Position numbers and translations under genes: made by a program. A DNA stretch of 64,000 nt from Abditibacteriaceae bacterium (GTDB taxonomy: Bacteria; Armatimonadota; Abditibacteriia; Abditibacteriales; Abditibacteriaceae). Location of the stretch: the NCBI GenBank assembly GCA_031425655.1, contig JANPJS010000045.1, forward strand, positions 16,305-80,304. Direction: 5' to 3'. Positions within the stretch are counted from its first letter, which is position 1; each line of letters starts with the position of its first letter. The notes under the pieces were generated by a model. It saw nothing but the letters and a program-made list of their open reading frames with translations, did not search any database and was not told the DNA's origin. Below, piece after piece: positions 18,924 through 30,100 of the stretch.

Positions 18924-20210
18924 TTAGCGGTTCACGCCGAAGACGAAATCGCCTTTGCTCTTGTCGCTTACTAAAAAGCGACCGGTCGTTGCGGTTTTGG
19001 CGGGATTCTCGATAGCTTTGCCGCCATCGTCTACGGTATCGGGGCCAACGCTCCACAAAACGTAGGTGCTACCTTGCTTTTTGTAGCGCAAACCTTCGCC
19101 GGCGCCAAAGGCATCGGCGGGAACGGCTTGCAGATAATTCGGCACAAGCTGCGTCAGTTTTTCGGGAAACGCGCCCTTTTCGAGTTGGTAAGCGCGCAAA
19201 GCCAAAGCGGTCATCACAAGCGAAGCGCCGGTTTCGGCGCGGGCATCGTTCCAGCGCGCACGAGTGAAAACCGGCTCTAAATCGCCGGTGAGAAAATCAA
19301 CGGGCGGAAGCGGCGTGGATGCCGTGGAATAAGGCTGTTTAGCCGATGCGCTCAGCGCGTCCATATAGGCCAGAAATTCGCGCATCACGCGCCTTCGGGT
19401 GGCTAAACGGAAATGCGGTTTTTTCGTGGCGGCATTGTAGCCGCTGATTTGAAAGGCTAACGATTGTGCCGCGCCGCTTTTCATCATGCCGAGAATATTG
19501 GCGGCGACTATCCATTTTTCCTGCTGCAAAACTTCGGAAAACGGCACGCGCCCGGCACGCAGCTTTTCGATTTCGCGCGCGGCGCTGCGGCAGGTTGCGG
19601 CGTCGAGATGCGGCAATAATTCTTGCAAACTTCGCCGTCCGTAAGCCTGCACCGCGTAGCCGACAAGCGTGCCGATAAGTGGCGCGCCGCGTGGAATATC
19701 GTAGCCGAGATGGAGGCCATCTAAGGCGCTGCGTGTTGCGCCCTTCCAGTCGCCCCGTGCGGCGCGGGCTTCGCTTTCAGCGGCCAGGCTGCGCGCAAAA
19801 TCGCGGACGCCCGCATAATGCGAAGGCGGGGGTGTGCCTTTCTGCGGCGGCTCACGATACGCATAAGCGAAACCTTGCCGCAGTAGTTGGAACGCACGCT
19901 CGTTTTGCTTCAGCCACGCGTTCACTTGCGGTTGGTGCGTGCGATAAATCGGCAAGCGTTGCTCAAAGGGCACGCGCGGGCTGGATGCGATGCCCAGTGT
20001 CTTTTCTAAATCGCCAGAAGTCGAAACTTGCGCTTTAGCGGCTTGCACCACGAAATCGTAGGCGTTGGGTTTGGGTAACGCCACGATGGGAATGTTGACG
20101 GCAGGCATCGCCGTGAAAGCAAACCAACTCCACGCCGCGCCCAGCAGTCCGATGGCGAAGACCGTCATGCAGCCGAACATCCGGATTTCTTTGTGTGTAA
20201 AAGGTTTCAT
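18924..20210 (-). CDS. Membrane-anchored helical protein with a GspG-like C-terminus, paralog 3
   Basis: N-terminal TM; ALALRAY..GAFPEKL.QLVP.YL..P.D.F..LRYKK..LWSVGPD..DDGG. Confidence 0.8.
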   Translation of the reverse strand: MKPFTHKEIRMFGCMTVFAIGLLGAAWSWFAFTAMPAVNIPIVALPKPNAYDFVVQAAKAQVSTSGDLEKTLGIASSPRVPFEQRLPIYRTHQPQVNAWLKQNERAFQLLRQGFAYAYREPPQKGTPPPSHYAGVRDFARSLAAESEARAARGDWKGATRSALDGLHLGYDIPRGAPLIGTLVGYAVQAYGRRSLQELLPHLDAATCRSAAREIEKLRAGRVPFSEVLQQEKWIVAANILGMMKSGAAQSLAFQISGYNAATKKPHFRLATRRRVMREFLAYMDALSASAKQPYSTASTPLPPVDFLTGDLEPVFTRARWNDARAETGASLVMTALALRAYQLEKGAFPEKLTQLVPNYLQAVPADAFGAGEGLRYKKQGSTYVLWSVGPDTVDDGGKAIENPAKTATTGRFLVSDKSKGDFVFGVNR

Positions 20211-20216
20211 CGTGTT

Positions 20217-21509
20217 TCAACGGTTCTTGCCGTGAACCCAATCGCCTTTGTAAGGCATTTCAACTTCGTTCTCGGCTTCGTCGCCGAAAACATCCTGCCG
20301 CGTGAGTCCGGGGCCGGCATTGCTGCCAACCGGCACGCCTCCGTCATCTTTTTTGTCGGGGCCGATGCTCCATAAAACAAAGTTGTTGCCCTGCTTTTTA
20401 TAGCGCAAGCCTTCGCCGCCGCCGAACGGATCAGAGGGAATTTGCGGCAGAGTATTCGGCGTTAATTGCGAAAGCGTGGCGGGATATGCGCCGCTTTCAA
20501 GGTGATAAGCGCGCAAAGCCAGCGCGACGATCAAAAGTGCGGTGCGCGTTTCGGTAGCGGCGTTGTTGAAGCGCGCATTTGCATCGTCCATTGATCGGCG
20601 TTCCATCCACATTCCCAACACGCCTGCGGGCCTTGCCACAGACGGCGCCGTCGCGTAGGGTTTTTTCGCCGCCGCGATGCGCGCGTCGAAATAGCGCGTT
20701 AACTCGTTGAATAATCGCTTTTTGCCCTTGAATTGCACCGGCAGCAGATCCGAGTAAGATGCCGGTGCGCCAAGTTGCCTGAAAATCTGGTCGGCCCAAT
20801 CGCGCTGGCGTAGAACGTCTAAAAGCATGAGTTGGTAGAAGTATTTTTGATGTTGAATCTGTTGCCATAAAGGTCGCCGCTGCGTGTGCCATTGAAAAAT
20901 GCGACGCGCCGCTGAGCGGCAAAAATTGGCATCGAAGTGAGTTTGAAGCACTTTTAGCTGGCGCGTGCTGCTTTCCCCATTCTGTGTTTTGATGCCAAAT
21001 TGAAGCCCCTCTAATGCGCTTTGCGCGGCGCCCTTCCAATCGCCCTGTGCGGCGCGCACGTCGCTTTCCACGCGCAGTGCGTTGGACAAATTGCCGTAGC
21101 CCCGCCACAGCATAAAATTGAACATCGTTTTCGGATCGGCTGGAAATTGATACGGTTTGGGCAAGCCTTCGCGCAACGCTTTCAGGGCCTGCGTGTTCTG
21201 GCTAAGCCACGCTTTTTTGCGCCACAGCGGATACACCCTCGGCCAGTCTTTGCGCGGCACGTTTTTGCGGTCGAACATCGCGTCGAGAGGCGGATTGCGC
21301 GGCGCGGCGACGGCCAGCATGGCGGCGCTGAAGAAATCATCGAAAGCGTTGACGGCTAACGGTGTCTGCGCGGGCATTTCGATTTCGGGCAATTCGTTGA
21401 GCGTGCCCCACCACAGCAACGTGCCCAAAAACGCGCCGGTCAGCAGCACGCAGACGAAAAGAAATCGCTTCTCGGCGCTATCGAAGTGCAGACGGATGCG
21501 AGTAGCCAT
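20217..21509 (-). CDS. Membrane-anchored helical protein with a GspG-like C-terminus, paralog 2
   Basis: Start MATRIR overlaps the upstream stop (TGATG); same motifs; internal ~13-aa deletion. Confidence 0.8.
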   Translation of the reverse strand: MATRIRLHFDSAEKRFLFVCVLLTGAFLGTLLWWGTLNELPEIEMPAQTPLAVNAFDDFFSAAMLAVAAPRNPPLDAMFDRKNVPRKDWPRVYPLWRKKAWLSQNTQALKALREGLPKPYQFPADPKTMFNFMLWRGYGNLSNALRVESDVRAAQGDWKGAAQSALEGLQFGIKTQNGESSTRQLKVLQTHFDANFCRSAARRIFQWHTQRRPLWQQIQHQKYFYQLMLLDVLRQRDWADQIFRQLGAPASYSDLLPVQFKGKKRLFNELTRYFDARIAAAKKPYATAPSVARPAGVLGMWMERRSMDDANARFNNAATETRTALLIVALALRAYHLESGAYPATLSQLTPNTLPQIPSDPFGGGEGLRYKKQGNNFVLWSIGPDKKDDGGVPVGSNAGPGLTRQDVFGDEAENEVEMPYKGDWVHGKNR

Positions 21510-22825
21510 CAGCGGTTTTTTTCGTAAACCCAATCGCCTTGCGAGGTAACGTCTACAGTCACTTCGTCACTGTAAAGGTCATAGGCCCGCGAAGGGCGCG
21601 GCGTGCCTTGAATCGCTTTGCCGCCGTTATCTTTCTTGTCGGGGCCGATGCTCCACAAAACGAAGCTGTCGCCCTGTTTTTTGTAGCGCAACGCTTCGCC
21701 CCGGCCAAAGCCGTCCATCGGCAGTTGCGACAGATAATTGGGCACTAATTGCTCAAGTTTTTCGGGAAATGCGCCGCGTTCGAGATTGTAAGCACGCAAA
21801 GCCAGCGCGGTGGCCAACATCAGGTTGCCCGTCGCGGCGCGGGCGTCGTTAAAGCGCGCGTGTTCATAAGCCGGCGCCAGCGATTCGCCGACAAAGCCGT
21901 CGGGCAGCGGCACCGTGGGTGCCGTCGCGTAAGGCTGCTTTGCCGAAGCGATGATCCCATCCATGTAGCGCGTGTAATCGCTAAGAATCCGCCGCTTGGA
22001 CGTGAAGCGGTAGCGCAAGTAATCGCCGATATTCGGTGGCCCGCCGCCGATTCCCCATGAAGCGTAAAGCTGATTCGCCCAATCGCGCTGGCGCATGGCA
22101 TCGAGCAAGCCGCCCTGTCCGCTCCACTTTTCCTCGCGCAGCACTTGCCAGAAGGGCACGCGCGCGGCGTGGATTTGCTCGATGCGGCGCGCGGCGGCGC
22201 GGCAGGTTGGGGCATCCAAATGAGGAACGAGGCTTTGCAACTGCCTTCGGCCCATCGCTTGAATCGTATAGCCGACCAGAGCGCCGATGAGCGGCCCGCC
22301 GTTGGGAATCTGCCCGCCAAATTGCATCGTATCTAAAGCGCTTTGCGACGCGCCTTTCCAATCGCCATCGGCGGCGCGCACACGGCTTTCGACGCTGATC
22401 ACCCGCGCCATCTCGCGGAACCGCGCGTAATGCGGAAAAAGCGCCGAAAACGAACGCGGCGCCGGCTCGACGTAAACGCGGCGCAAGCCCTGCCGAAAGG
22501 CTTTTAAGGCCGGCGCATTTTGCCTGAGCCACACTTTTTTGCGCCACAGCGGATAAACCTTCGGCCAATCCTTTTTCGGCACCTCTTTGCTGTCTAACAT
22601 CGCATCTACTGCTTGTCTGGGCGGCGAGGGCATCAGCAGCACATTGGCTTGCACGAAGTCGTCGTAGGCGTTGAGCGCGGGCAACGCTTTCGCGGGAATT
22701 TCGATCTCCGGCAGCGTGTTGACCTCGCCCCACCAGCGCAAAGCGCCGAAAAACAGCGCAATCAGCAGCAAACTGGCGGCAAGAAATCGCTTTTCGGCTT
22801 TGTCAAATTGCGGGCGGGTAACCAT
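21509..22825 (-). CDS. Membrane-anchored helical protein with a GspG-like C-terminus, paralog 1
   Basis: Start MVTRPQFDK; shares VYPLWRKK.WL.QN and LWSIGPDKKD with paralog 2. Confidence 0.8.
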   Translation of the reverse strand: MVTRPQFDKAEKRFLAASLLLIALFFGALRWWGEVNTLPEIEIPAKALPALNAYDDFVQANVLLMPSPPRQAVDAMLDSKEVPKKDWPKVYPLWRKKVWLRQNAPALKAFRQGLRRVYVEPAPRSFSALFPHYARFREMARVISVESRVRAADGDWKGASQSALDTMQFGGQIPNGGPLIGALVGYTIQAMGRRQLQSLVPHLDAPTCRAAARRIEQIHAARVPFWQVLREEKWSGQGGLLDAMRQRDWANQLYASWGIGGGPPNIGDYLRYRFTSKRRILSDYTRYMDGIIASAKQPYATAPTVPLPDGFVGESLAPAYEHARFNDARAATGNLMLATALALRAYNLERGAFPEKLEQLVPNYLSQLPMDGFGRGEALRYKKQGDSFVLWSIGPDKKDNGGKAIQGTPRPSRAYDLYSDEVTVDVTSQGDWVYEKNR

Positions 22826-22845
22826 AGAGTTATTTTTCGCAAAGT

Positions 22846-22972
22846 TTTCAATGGAACACGGGGCCTTCGGCCACACGGAAACGACACAGATTTTCACAGA
22901 TCAAGCCAACAGAAAAATCCGTGTTAATCCGTGTCGTTTCCGTGTCGGCGAAGCCGCCGTGTTCCATTGAAA
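22846..22972. repeat. Palindromic intergenic element, TTTCAATGGAACACGG family, copy 3
   Basis: Same 16-bp termini as 2762-2888. Confidence 0.85.
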
Positions 22973-22991
22973 CTATCTCGATGCAGCAAAA

Positions 22992-25088
22992 TCATGCGCC
23001 CTGCATCGCGGCGACGGCGCGTTTTTCCAGTTCGCGGGCGGCGCGCAGTTGGCGCGCGGCTTCGGCGAAACCTCGCCGCGCGTTGGGCGAAAGCGTGCTG
23101 CCGCCCAACGTATTGGCCGAGGGCAGTGCGGCGGCGGCGCGGCCTAATGCGGCGACCGAAGCGCGCAAATCGTCTCCGGCGCGGCCCAGTTGCGGTTGGC
23201 GCAGCGCGGCGGCGGCGACATCCAGATAAGCGGCGGCATCGCGCCGTGCGCCAATCCAGCGATGCAGCGGCGCCTTGAACCAGCCCAACAGCGCCTCGGC
23301 CCGTTCCACTTGCCGCGCGGCGTTGACCGGCACATTCGGAACGCTAATCGGCGGGCTAAGCGTTGCTTCAGGCGCAGTTGTCGCCGTTGGAGTGGGCACG
23401 GCGTTTTCATCGAGGGGAAAAGCCGCATCGGGCGTGGCTGTGGGTTCGACTGCGGGCAGCGGGAGTGGCAATTCCGGCGTGGCTTTGGGCGTTACGCCGG
23501 GCGGCGTGCCCAGACGTTCGAGTTCGCCGGCCAGCGCGTTTAACGCTTCCAGGTTGATCAGCACACCGCCGTCGCGGGCGCGCAGCATCAGCGTTGCGGC
23601 GCGACGTAAGGCGCGTTTGTGCGCGTCTGCCGAAGAAAGCGGCTTTAATTCAAAGACGAAAGTCGGGCGCAGGCCAAGCAGCGGCGGCGCGGTTGGTGTC
23701 GCGGTCGGTTCGGGCGTGCCGACCGGGCCGACAACGAGCGGTTTGCCATCAGCGCTTTCGATGCGTGCTACGGCGGCGTCTGCGGCGTTGCCGGGCAGAC
23801 GCCGCACGCGCGTTCGCTCGCCGGGCGCGTAAAAACTGAGCAGCGTGAAGGCGCCGCCGTCCGGCGCTTTGCGTTTCCAGCCTTCCTGAAGCTGTTTCAC
23901 GCTGACTTTTTGCACTCGCGCGCCCCGGCTTTGCAACAGCACTTGCTGATGCTCCGAATCGTAGCCGACCACCAGTTGCCATTGGCCGTTGAAAATCACC
24001 GTGGGATGCACGGCGTCGAGTTCGCGCTGTAAATCCAGCAGTGCGGCGCCGCCGTTAGTGTTCTGGCGACGGTCGTAAAACAAGCCGGCGCTGTCTGCGA
24101 TATTGTTGAACGGACTCAGCGGCGAAGCCGAAACCGACGACGGACGGCCCGGATCGAAGGCGGCCCAGAACGGTTCCAGCGACCAGCCTCGCAACGTGGT
24201 GACATCGGCATCCAGCCCGCGCGCCGCCAAAATCGGGCGTAGAGCTGCCGTTAAGGTGCCGCGCGCGAAAGCATCGCTGTCGCCGGTGTCGTCGGGCAAA
24301 GGTTGAGTTTCGATCAACACCAAGCGGTCGGGATGGCGCGTTGAACTCATTTGATAAATCAGCAGGCCGAGGCGCTGGCGCGCGTTGGCGGCCCACACCG
24401 TTGGCGCATAGCGGGCGATGGTGGCGCGGTAAGCGTTTTCGGCCCAGGTTTTGTTTTTGAAAAGCGTCTCGAACAGCACGCCGAGTTGATATTGCGCTTC
24501 GGCGCAGGCTTCGGGAAATGTCGGGTAACGCTGCAAAACGCGCTGCAAAAGCGTGCGCGCCTCGTCTTTTTTGCCTTCGTCGAGCGAAAGATGGCCTAAT
24601 TTCAGCGTGGCCTGCGAAGCGTAGAAATCGTTGTTGGGAAAGCGCGTCAGCACGTCGTTGAAAATGACGCGGGCGGTCGCGCGGTCTTGCAAATCGTTGG
24701 CGGCGATGTCGCCCGCCGCGATGAGCGCCTTACCCGCCGCGCGGTCGTTGGCGTAAGTGTCGGCCAAGCGCCGATACAGCGCGATGGCTTCTTCCAACTG
24801 TGTGCGGTTTCCGCTTTTGCGTCCTAATCCCGTCAGCAAATTGGCCTGCGCTTCCAGCGAAGCGGGCGCGAAAGCCGATTCGGGATGGCTGTCGCTGAGC
24901 AATCGGTAATGCTTGAGCGCCAGTTCGGTCAGGCCGCGCGCTTCGAGCTGCTGCGCCTTATAGAAAAAGCCGGCGTAAGGATCGGGCGCGAGAATCCCGC
25001 GCAGCAACACGGCTAAAAGTGCGACTCCGGCGGCGGCGGCGCACCACAGGGCAACGGAGCGAAGAACAAAAGGGACGGAGCGCGGCAT
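22992..25088 (-). CDS. Membrane-anchored TPR protein with Pro/Thr-rich linkers
   Basis: N-terminal TM, several BamD/YbgF-style TPRs, alpha/beta middle domain, PTATP linkers. Confidence 0.8.
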   Translation of the reverse strand: MPRSVPFVLRSVALWCAAAAGVALLAVLLRGILAPDPYAGFFYKAQQLEARGLTELALKHYRLLSDSHPESAFAPASLEAQANLLTGLGRKSGNRTQLEEAIALYRRLADTYANDRAAGKALIAAGDIAANDLQDRATARVIFNDVLTRFPNNDFYASQATLKLGHLSLDEGKKDEARTLLQRVLQRYPTFPEACAEAQYQLGVLFETLFKNKTWAENAYRATIARYAPTVWAANARQRLGLLIYQMSSTRHPDRLVLIETQPLPDDTGDSDAFARGTLTAALRPILAARGLDADVTTLRGWSLEPFWAAFDPGRPSSVSASPLSPFNNIADSAGLFYDRRQNTNGGAALLDLQRELDAVHPTVIFNGQWQLVVGYDSEHQQVLLQSRGARVQKVSVKQLQEGWKRKAPDGGAFTLLSFYAPGERTRVRRLPGNAADAAVARIESADGKPLVVGPVGTPEPTATPTAPPLLGLRPTFVFELKPLSSADAHKRALRRAATLMLRARDGGVLINLEALNALAGELERLGTPPGVTPKATPELPLPLPAVEPTATPDAAFPLDENAVPTPTATTAPEATLSPPISVPNVPVNAARQVERAEALLGWFKAPLHRWIGARRDAAAYLDVAAAALRQPQLGRAGDDLRASVAALGRAAAALPSANTLGGSTLSPNARRGFAEAARQLRAARELEKRAVAAMQGA

Positions 25089-25275
25089 GATAAATTCCAA
25101 AAGCGGCCCGATAAAAATGGCTTGAAAACCGATTCGGGCGTGCGGCACAGTGTAGGGCGCGCCTTCTGCGACGGCAATTTAGAAGCGCCGGCACAACGCA
25201 AAGTTCGCTGTCGAACGCGATGCGGGCGCGCAGTTTGCAGAATGGTTTTCGACCTGATTTCAAGGAGAACTGACG

Positions 25276-25905
25276 ATGCAAAAGACGATGAAAATGCTAA
25301 GCTGCGCGGCTCTGTGCGGCGCGTTGTGGACAAGCGGAGCTTCCGCCGACCCCCCGACCGACATGACGAAAAAAGACAAAACGGCGCCGACCACACCGCA
25401 AACAACCGACCGGCATTGGCCCAAGCCGCATCACGGCGCGATGTCGCCGGGCAGCGATGAGCGCGCCGACATGGTTTCGGTCAACGCGACCGCACTGGTC
25501 AACACGCTCAGCGAAGAAAAAACCGAAATCGCAGCCTTAGCGGCGCAGGTGGCGGAATTTCGCAAAATGGGTGGCCGCGATAATCTGCGCACCGCCGCGC
25601 TGTTGGAGCGTATGCGGCGCGAACACGTCGCCGCCGGCCCGACTCTGATGAAGCTGGCGCGCCGTTATGGCGGCGATCCTACTCTGGCCAAAATTCTCAA
25701 AGCGCCGGTTTTGGGCGACAAAGCCACGATGCTGCACGCCACGCACATGGATCGCATGAAAGCGGTGCAAACCTCGCAGATGCGCTGGAAAATGACCAAC
25801 AGTTGGCCGATTAAAACCGCGATGCGTAAACGTGCCACTTTAGCGCGCCGGCATATGCGCTGGATGAAGCCGCATCACGACCGCGCTATGGCCGCGAAGA
25901 TGTAA
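25276..25905 (+). CDS. Secreted helical hypothetical protein (possibly ferritin-like)
   Basis: RBS AAGGAG, signal peptide, rich in Met and His. Confidence 0.75.
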   Translation: MQKTMKMLSCAALCGALWTSGASADPPTDMTKKDKTAPTTPQTTDRHWPKPHHGAMSPGSDERADMVSVNATALVNTLSEEKTEIAALAAQVAEFRKMGGRDNLRTAALLERMRREHVAAGPTLMKLARRYGGDPTLAKILKAPVLGDKATMLHATHMDRMKAVQTSQMRWKMTNSWPIKTAMRKRATLARRHMRWMKPHHDRAMAAKM

Positions 25906-25906
25906 A

Positions 25907-26042
25907 ACGGCAGGAAGCAGGCGGCAGGCGGCAGGAAGCAGGAAACACAGAAAAGCCGCAGCGTAAATCACGCTGCGGCTTTTGTATCGCCTGACTCGCC
26001 TCCCGCCGTCTGCTTCCTGCCGCCTGCTTCCCGCCGTCCCGC
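25907..26042. repeat. Heptamer-repeat hairpin (GGCAGGC/AGCAGGA) enclosing a bidirectional terminator
   Basis: ggcaggaagcaggcggcaggcggcaggaagcagg..ctgcttcctgccgcctgcttcccgcc; inner stem aaaagccgcagcgt..acgctgcggctttt at 25951-25983. Confidence 0.8.
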
Positions 26043-26903
26043 TTATGCTTCATTCCACGCTTGCTCGGCTAATTGTTTCATGACCAAACTTTGCGTCCAG
26101 CGGTCGGAGAATTCGCGGCCATCGGGCAGCGTGATGGCGTAGCGCGGCGGGCCAAGCTCGCTGGTGAAAGGCAGCACGTCGCCGGGCGTGGCATTGGCTT
26201 TCCAAGCGCGCATCGCGTGTGTCCACAAGCGCACGAAAAACTGCGCCGTATCGCCCCGTCCGTCGCCGACATCCACTTGCACTTGCTCGCCGTTGGAAAT
26301 GCGCCCGTGGATATGTGACGTGCGTTCCAAGACCGGCGCCATGCGTTCTAAAGCGCCTTCGGCTTCCCAGCCGTAAAACTCTCCGACGACCACGAAGTGC
26401 GATAAATCGGCGGTAAAACGAATTTCGGGCACGGCTTCGATGAGTCGCAGTGTTTGCGGCAGGTTTTCCGTGAAATTATTGCGATGCGTTTCCACAAAGT
26501 GCGCGATTCCGGCGTCGTTGGCGATTTTACGGCCTTCGCGCACGATGTTTACCACGTCTTCGAGCGCATGAAACGCGCTGGCCGGCTGCGCGAAAATGAA
26601 ATCAGCGCCCAATCGGCTGGCGCGTTCAACGACTGTCCGCGTGTCGTCTACCGAATATGGGCGATGGCCTAAAATGAGGCGCAAACCGTGGCGGTCAAGC
26701 GCATCTTTCACTTCGCGCTCGTTTTCGTCGCTGAGCCAGCACTCAACGGCCTCGAAACCTGCTGCGCGCACCCGCGAAAACTTTTCGTCCAACGTCCACT
26801 CGTCGGCGTTCATCGGCAATTTAATCAATGACCACAGCGAATGCTGCACGCGCAATCGCGGCGCGGCGCCGCTGCCATCGTTATAGCGGTCGAAATCGGG
26901 CAT
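26043..26903 (-). CDS. Sugar phosphate isomerase/epimerase (xylose isomerase-like TIM barrel)
   Basis: AGFEAVE, ETHR, TADLSHF, HIHGRI, SELGPPRY. Confidence 0.85.
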   Translation of the reverse strand: MPDFDRYNDGSGAAPRLRVQHSLWSLIKLPMNADEWTLDEKFSRVRAAGFEAVECWLSDENEREVKDALDRHGLRLILGHRPYSVDDTRTVVERASRLGADFIFAQPASAFHALEDVVNIVREGRKIANDAGIAHFVETHRNNFTENLPQTLRLIEAVPEIRFTADLSHFVVVGEFYGWEAEGALERMAPVLERTSHIHGRISNGEQVQVDVGDGRGDTAQFFVRLWTHAMRAWKANATPGDVLPFTSELGPPRYAITLPDGREFSDRWTQSLVMKQLAEQAWNEA

Positions 26904-26990
26904 AAAACTAAAACTCCTGTGCGTTGAAATCGCGGCGGATTCTATCAGGGACAAGTGATATGCCGCCAAAATTCACTTGGGAGGATTGTC

Positions 26991-27080
26991 GGCAAAAAAT
27001 GGGTGGCAAAAAATGGTGAAAAGCATGACATTGCCCAACAAAAAACCGTTGTTGTTATTTTTTGCCACCCATTTTTTGCC
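26991..27080. repeat. Palindromic element (GGCAAAAAAT units)
   Basis: Perfect 24-bp inverted repeat ggcaaaaaatgggtggcaaaaaat. Confidence 0.85.
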
Positions 27081-27109
27081 AATATGCCGTTGCCGCAAAT
27101 GGCGTGGCT

Positions 27110-30100
27110 CTACGATGGCTTGGGTTCGGCGGTTTCCAGTTCGGCGTCCGTGACGGAGCGCGGCTTGATGTTGGTGACGTTCATAAAATAGCCGCCTTCG
27201 CCCAACGCGCCGCCTTCTTCCATTTGCGATTCGGGTTGGAGAATTTCTTCGGCTTCGGCGCCTTCGGGCGTGTTGGCGTGCTGCGGCGCCTTGCCATCTT
27301 TGAGGGCTTGTTCTTCAGCTTGCAATTCACGAATGCCGGCCAAAAAAGCGTCGGCCATCACCGGGTCGAACTGCGTGCCTTTGCCTTTCACGATTTCCGC
27401 GATGGCTTCTTCCCAGCTCAAGCCCTGACGATAGGGACGGTTGGTGGTCATCGCCGAAAAACAGTCGGGCACGGCTAAAATGCGCCCGAAAAGCGGCGTG
27501 TCTTCGCCGCTTGTTTTGTCGGGATAGCCGCGCCCATCGTAACGCTCGTGATGGTTGCGAATGCCGCCCAAGACTTCTTCGACGTTCGGCACATCTTTGA
27601 CGATGAGCGCGCCGAAAACCGGGTGCGCCTGCATGATTTTGAATTCATCGTCGCTTAAGCGGCCCGGCTTGCGCAAAATCGAGTCGGGCACGGCGATTTT
27701 GCCGACATCGTGCAGCAGGCCGCACATCCGAATCGAGCGCTGCTGTTCCTGCGAATAACCCAGTTGGCGCGCGATCATGACAGCCCAGCGCGCCACGTCT
27801 TCTGAATGGCGGCGCGTGTAATTGTCTTTGTTGTCAATGGCCGTCACGAGCGCGTCCAACACGCCGAAGCTACCGCCCACGGCGGCGTCTTTGAGCGCCT
27901 TGAGTTCTTCGCTTTCTTCTTCGTGGCGCCGCACCACGAAGCCGCCGCCCTGATGCTTGGCTTCGATGAGGTTGGTGCCGGCTACGCCCAGCAAATCGAG
28001 CGCGCTTTCGCCGTCGTGCGGAAAAATCGAGGCGGCGAACGAAAGGCCGATGGGAATACGCCGCCCGTCACTGGATTCCAATGCTTGTTCCGCGGTTTTT
28101 TCTTCCAGGCGATTGACGACGACGCGGGCACCTTCGACATCGGTGTCCATCAAAATGGCGATGAATTCGTCGCCGCCGTAACGCCCAATCACGTCGCTGA
28201 TGCGGCACGACTGGCGCAGGCATTCGGCAACGCGGCGCAGCACTTCATCGCCCGCCGTATGGCCGTAGGTATCGTTGAAAAACTTGAAGTTATTCACGTC
28301 CAACATCAAGATCACGAACTGATCGCGCGAGCGCGCGGCGCGGGCCAGACACACGTTAAGCTGCTGCTGCACGGCGCGATGGTTCAGTAAATCGGTCAGG
28401 CTGTCGCGGTCGGCCAAACGCACCGCTTCCTGATAAAGATGCGCGTTCTGCAAAGCCGCGCCGACTTCGAGCGCCAGGCTTTGCATCAGTGTTTTTTCGG
28501 CCTGGTTCAGCGCACCTTTTTGGCGCAAAACAGCCATCGCACCCAAAATTTCGCCCTTCGATTGCAGTGCGACGATGAAAGTGCCGCTGAACGAATTATT
28601 CAGCGAGCGGCACGCGATGAGGGCGTTTTCCAGATCGCCTTGCTCCAAGCCGTTGTTCAGAGAAATCAAAGCGGTGCGCTGCATTTCGCCGCGCGGGGCT
28701 TCAGCGTCGTCGCCGGACAAAACTAAATGCCAGCGCTTGCCTTTGGGAATCCATTCGGCGCGACTGCCGCTCATCATTTGCCCGATGGCCGATTCGACCA
28801 GGGCTTTACGAATCGAAGCCGCGCTGGTGCGGGCCGCGACGGGTTCGGCGGCGTCCTCGGCGCGGCGTCCGCCACGCTTTTCTCCGCGCCGTTCGCCGGA
28901 TGGCGTTTGCGCGGCGGCGTTTTCCGGCCCTCCGGCGTTTCCGCTCAGGGGCAGCGTCGTGCTGCGCTCTTCTTCGTCGCCGCGAAATAGCCAGAGCGCG
29001 CCGGCGTCCGCGTGCAGCGCGGTCATCATGCGGTCGAGCGCCGTCGTCAAAATATGCGCGCTATCGAGCGTATTCGACAGGTCGGCAGCGACGGCGTGCA
29101 TCGTAGATAACTCGCGGGTGCGCGCGGCCACGTCGTGCTGCAAGCTGGCTGTGACATCGTTCCACGAGCGATAATCCTCGAAGGTTTGGCGCGTGATTAA
29201 AAGCGAATCGAAGGCGTGGCGAACTAAAGCGATGGCGATGAGAAGGATGCCCCACCACGCTTCGCCCGCCGCACCCGGCAGCGGCGCGGCTTTAGGTGAA
29301 ACCGCCGCGAAGTGCCGGTGCGCGACGATGCTGGCGACTCCGGCAAAAAGCAGCGGCGCGAAATTACGCAGCCAAAAAGCACGCGCCGCTCTGGGATCGA
29401 GCGGCGAATTCGCCATGCCGGGACGCTGGCCGACTAATTGGAAGCTTTCGCCCAAAGCCGCCACGCCGATCAGCAGCGGCGCCGCGACGCGTGAAAACAC
29501 GTCGAACGAACTCAGGGGCGCGCCGCGCAGCCAGAAAAAACGATAAGCCACGACGGTAAGGAAGAAGGCGCCAAGCGCGGTTAAAGCCCAGCCGATGTTC
29601 CAGCGTGGCGCGGGCACGCCTTCGCCGCGCGCCGCATCGTGCAAAATGGGCCGCAGCTCGTTGCGCCCGATTACTAACAAGGCCAAAACCGCGACGTGGG
29701 CCGCAGCTAACAAGTGATGCAAGAGCGCGTAATGTCCGTCGAGGTTGGCTCTGGCGGCTGGTGGCGCGGCGCGCAGCGAAGGCGCAACCAACATCCACCA
29801 CAGCAGCGCCGATACTGCGCCGCCGATGACTAAAGCGTCGGGCGCTAAAGCCCAATCGAAGGGCGGCGCGGCGTTTTCGGAAGCTTCTTCACCGGGTTGC
29901 GCGGCCTGCGGAACAATAGCCGAGCGCGCGATGAACAATAATCCCAAAAGCAGGAGCAGAGGTTGCACCGTCAGCAACACGGTGCCGAGCCATTCGACTT
30001 TCGCGGCCAAAAGCAAGCCTGCAAAGCGTATGAATAGGGACACCGCGACAATCAGCCAGCCCAGCCGCCGCGCCGGGAAGTTTGTGGAGCGCAGGCCGGC

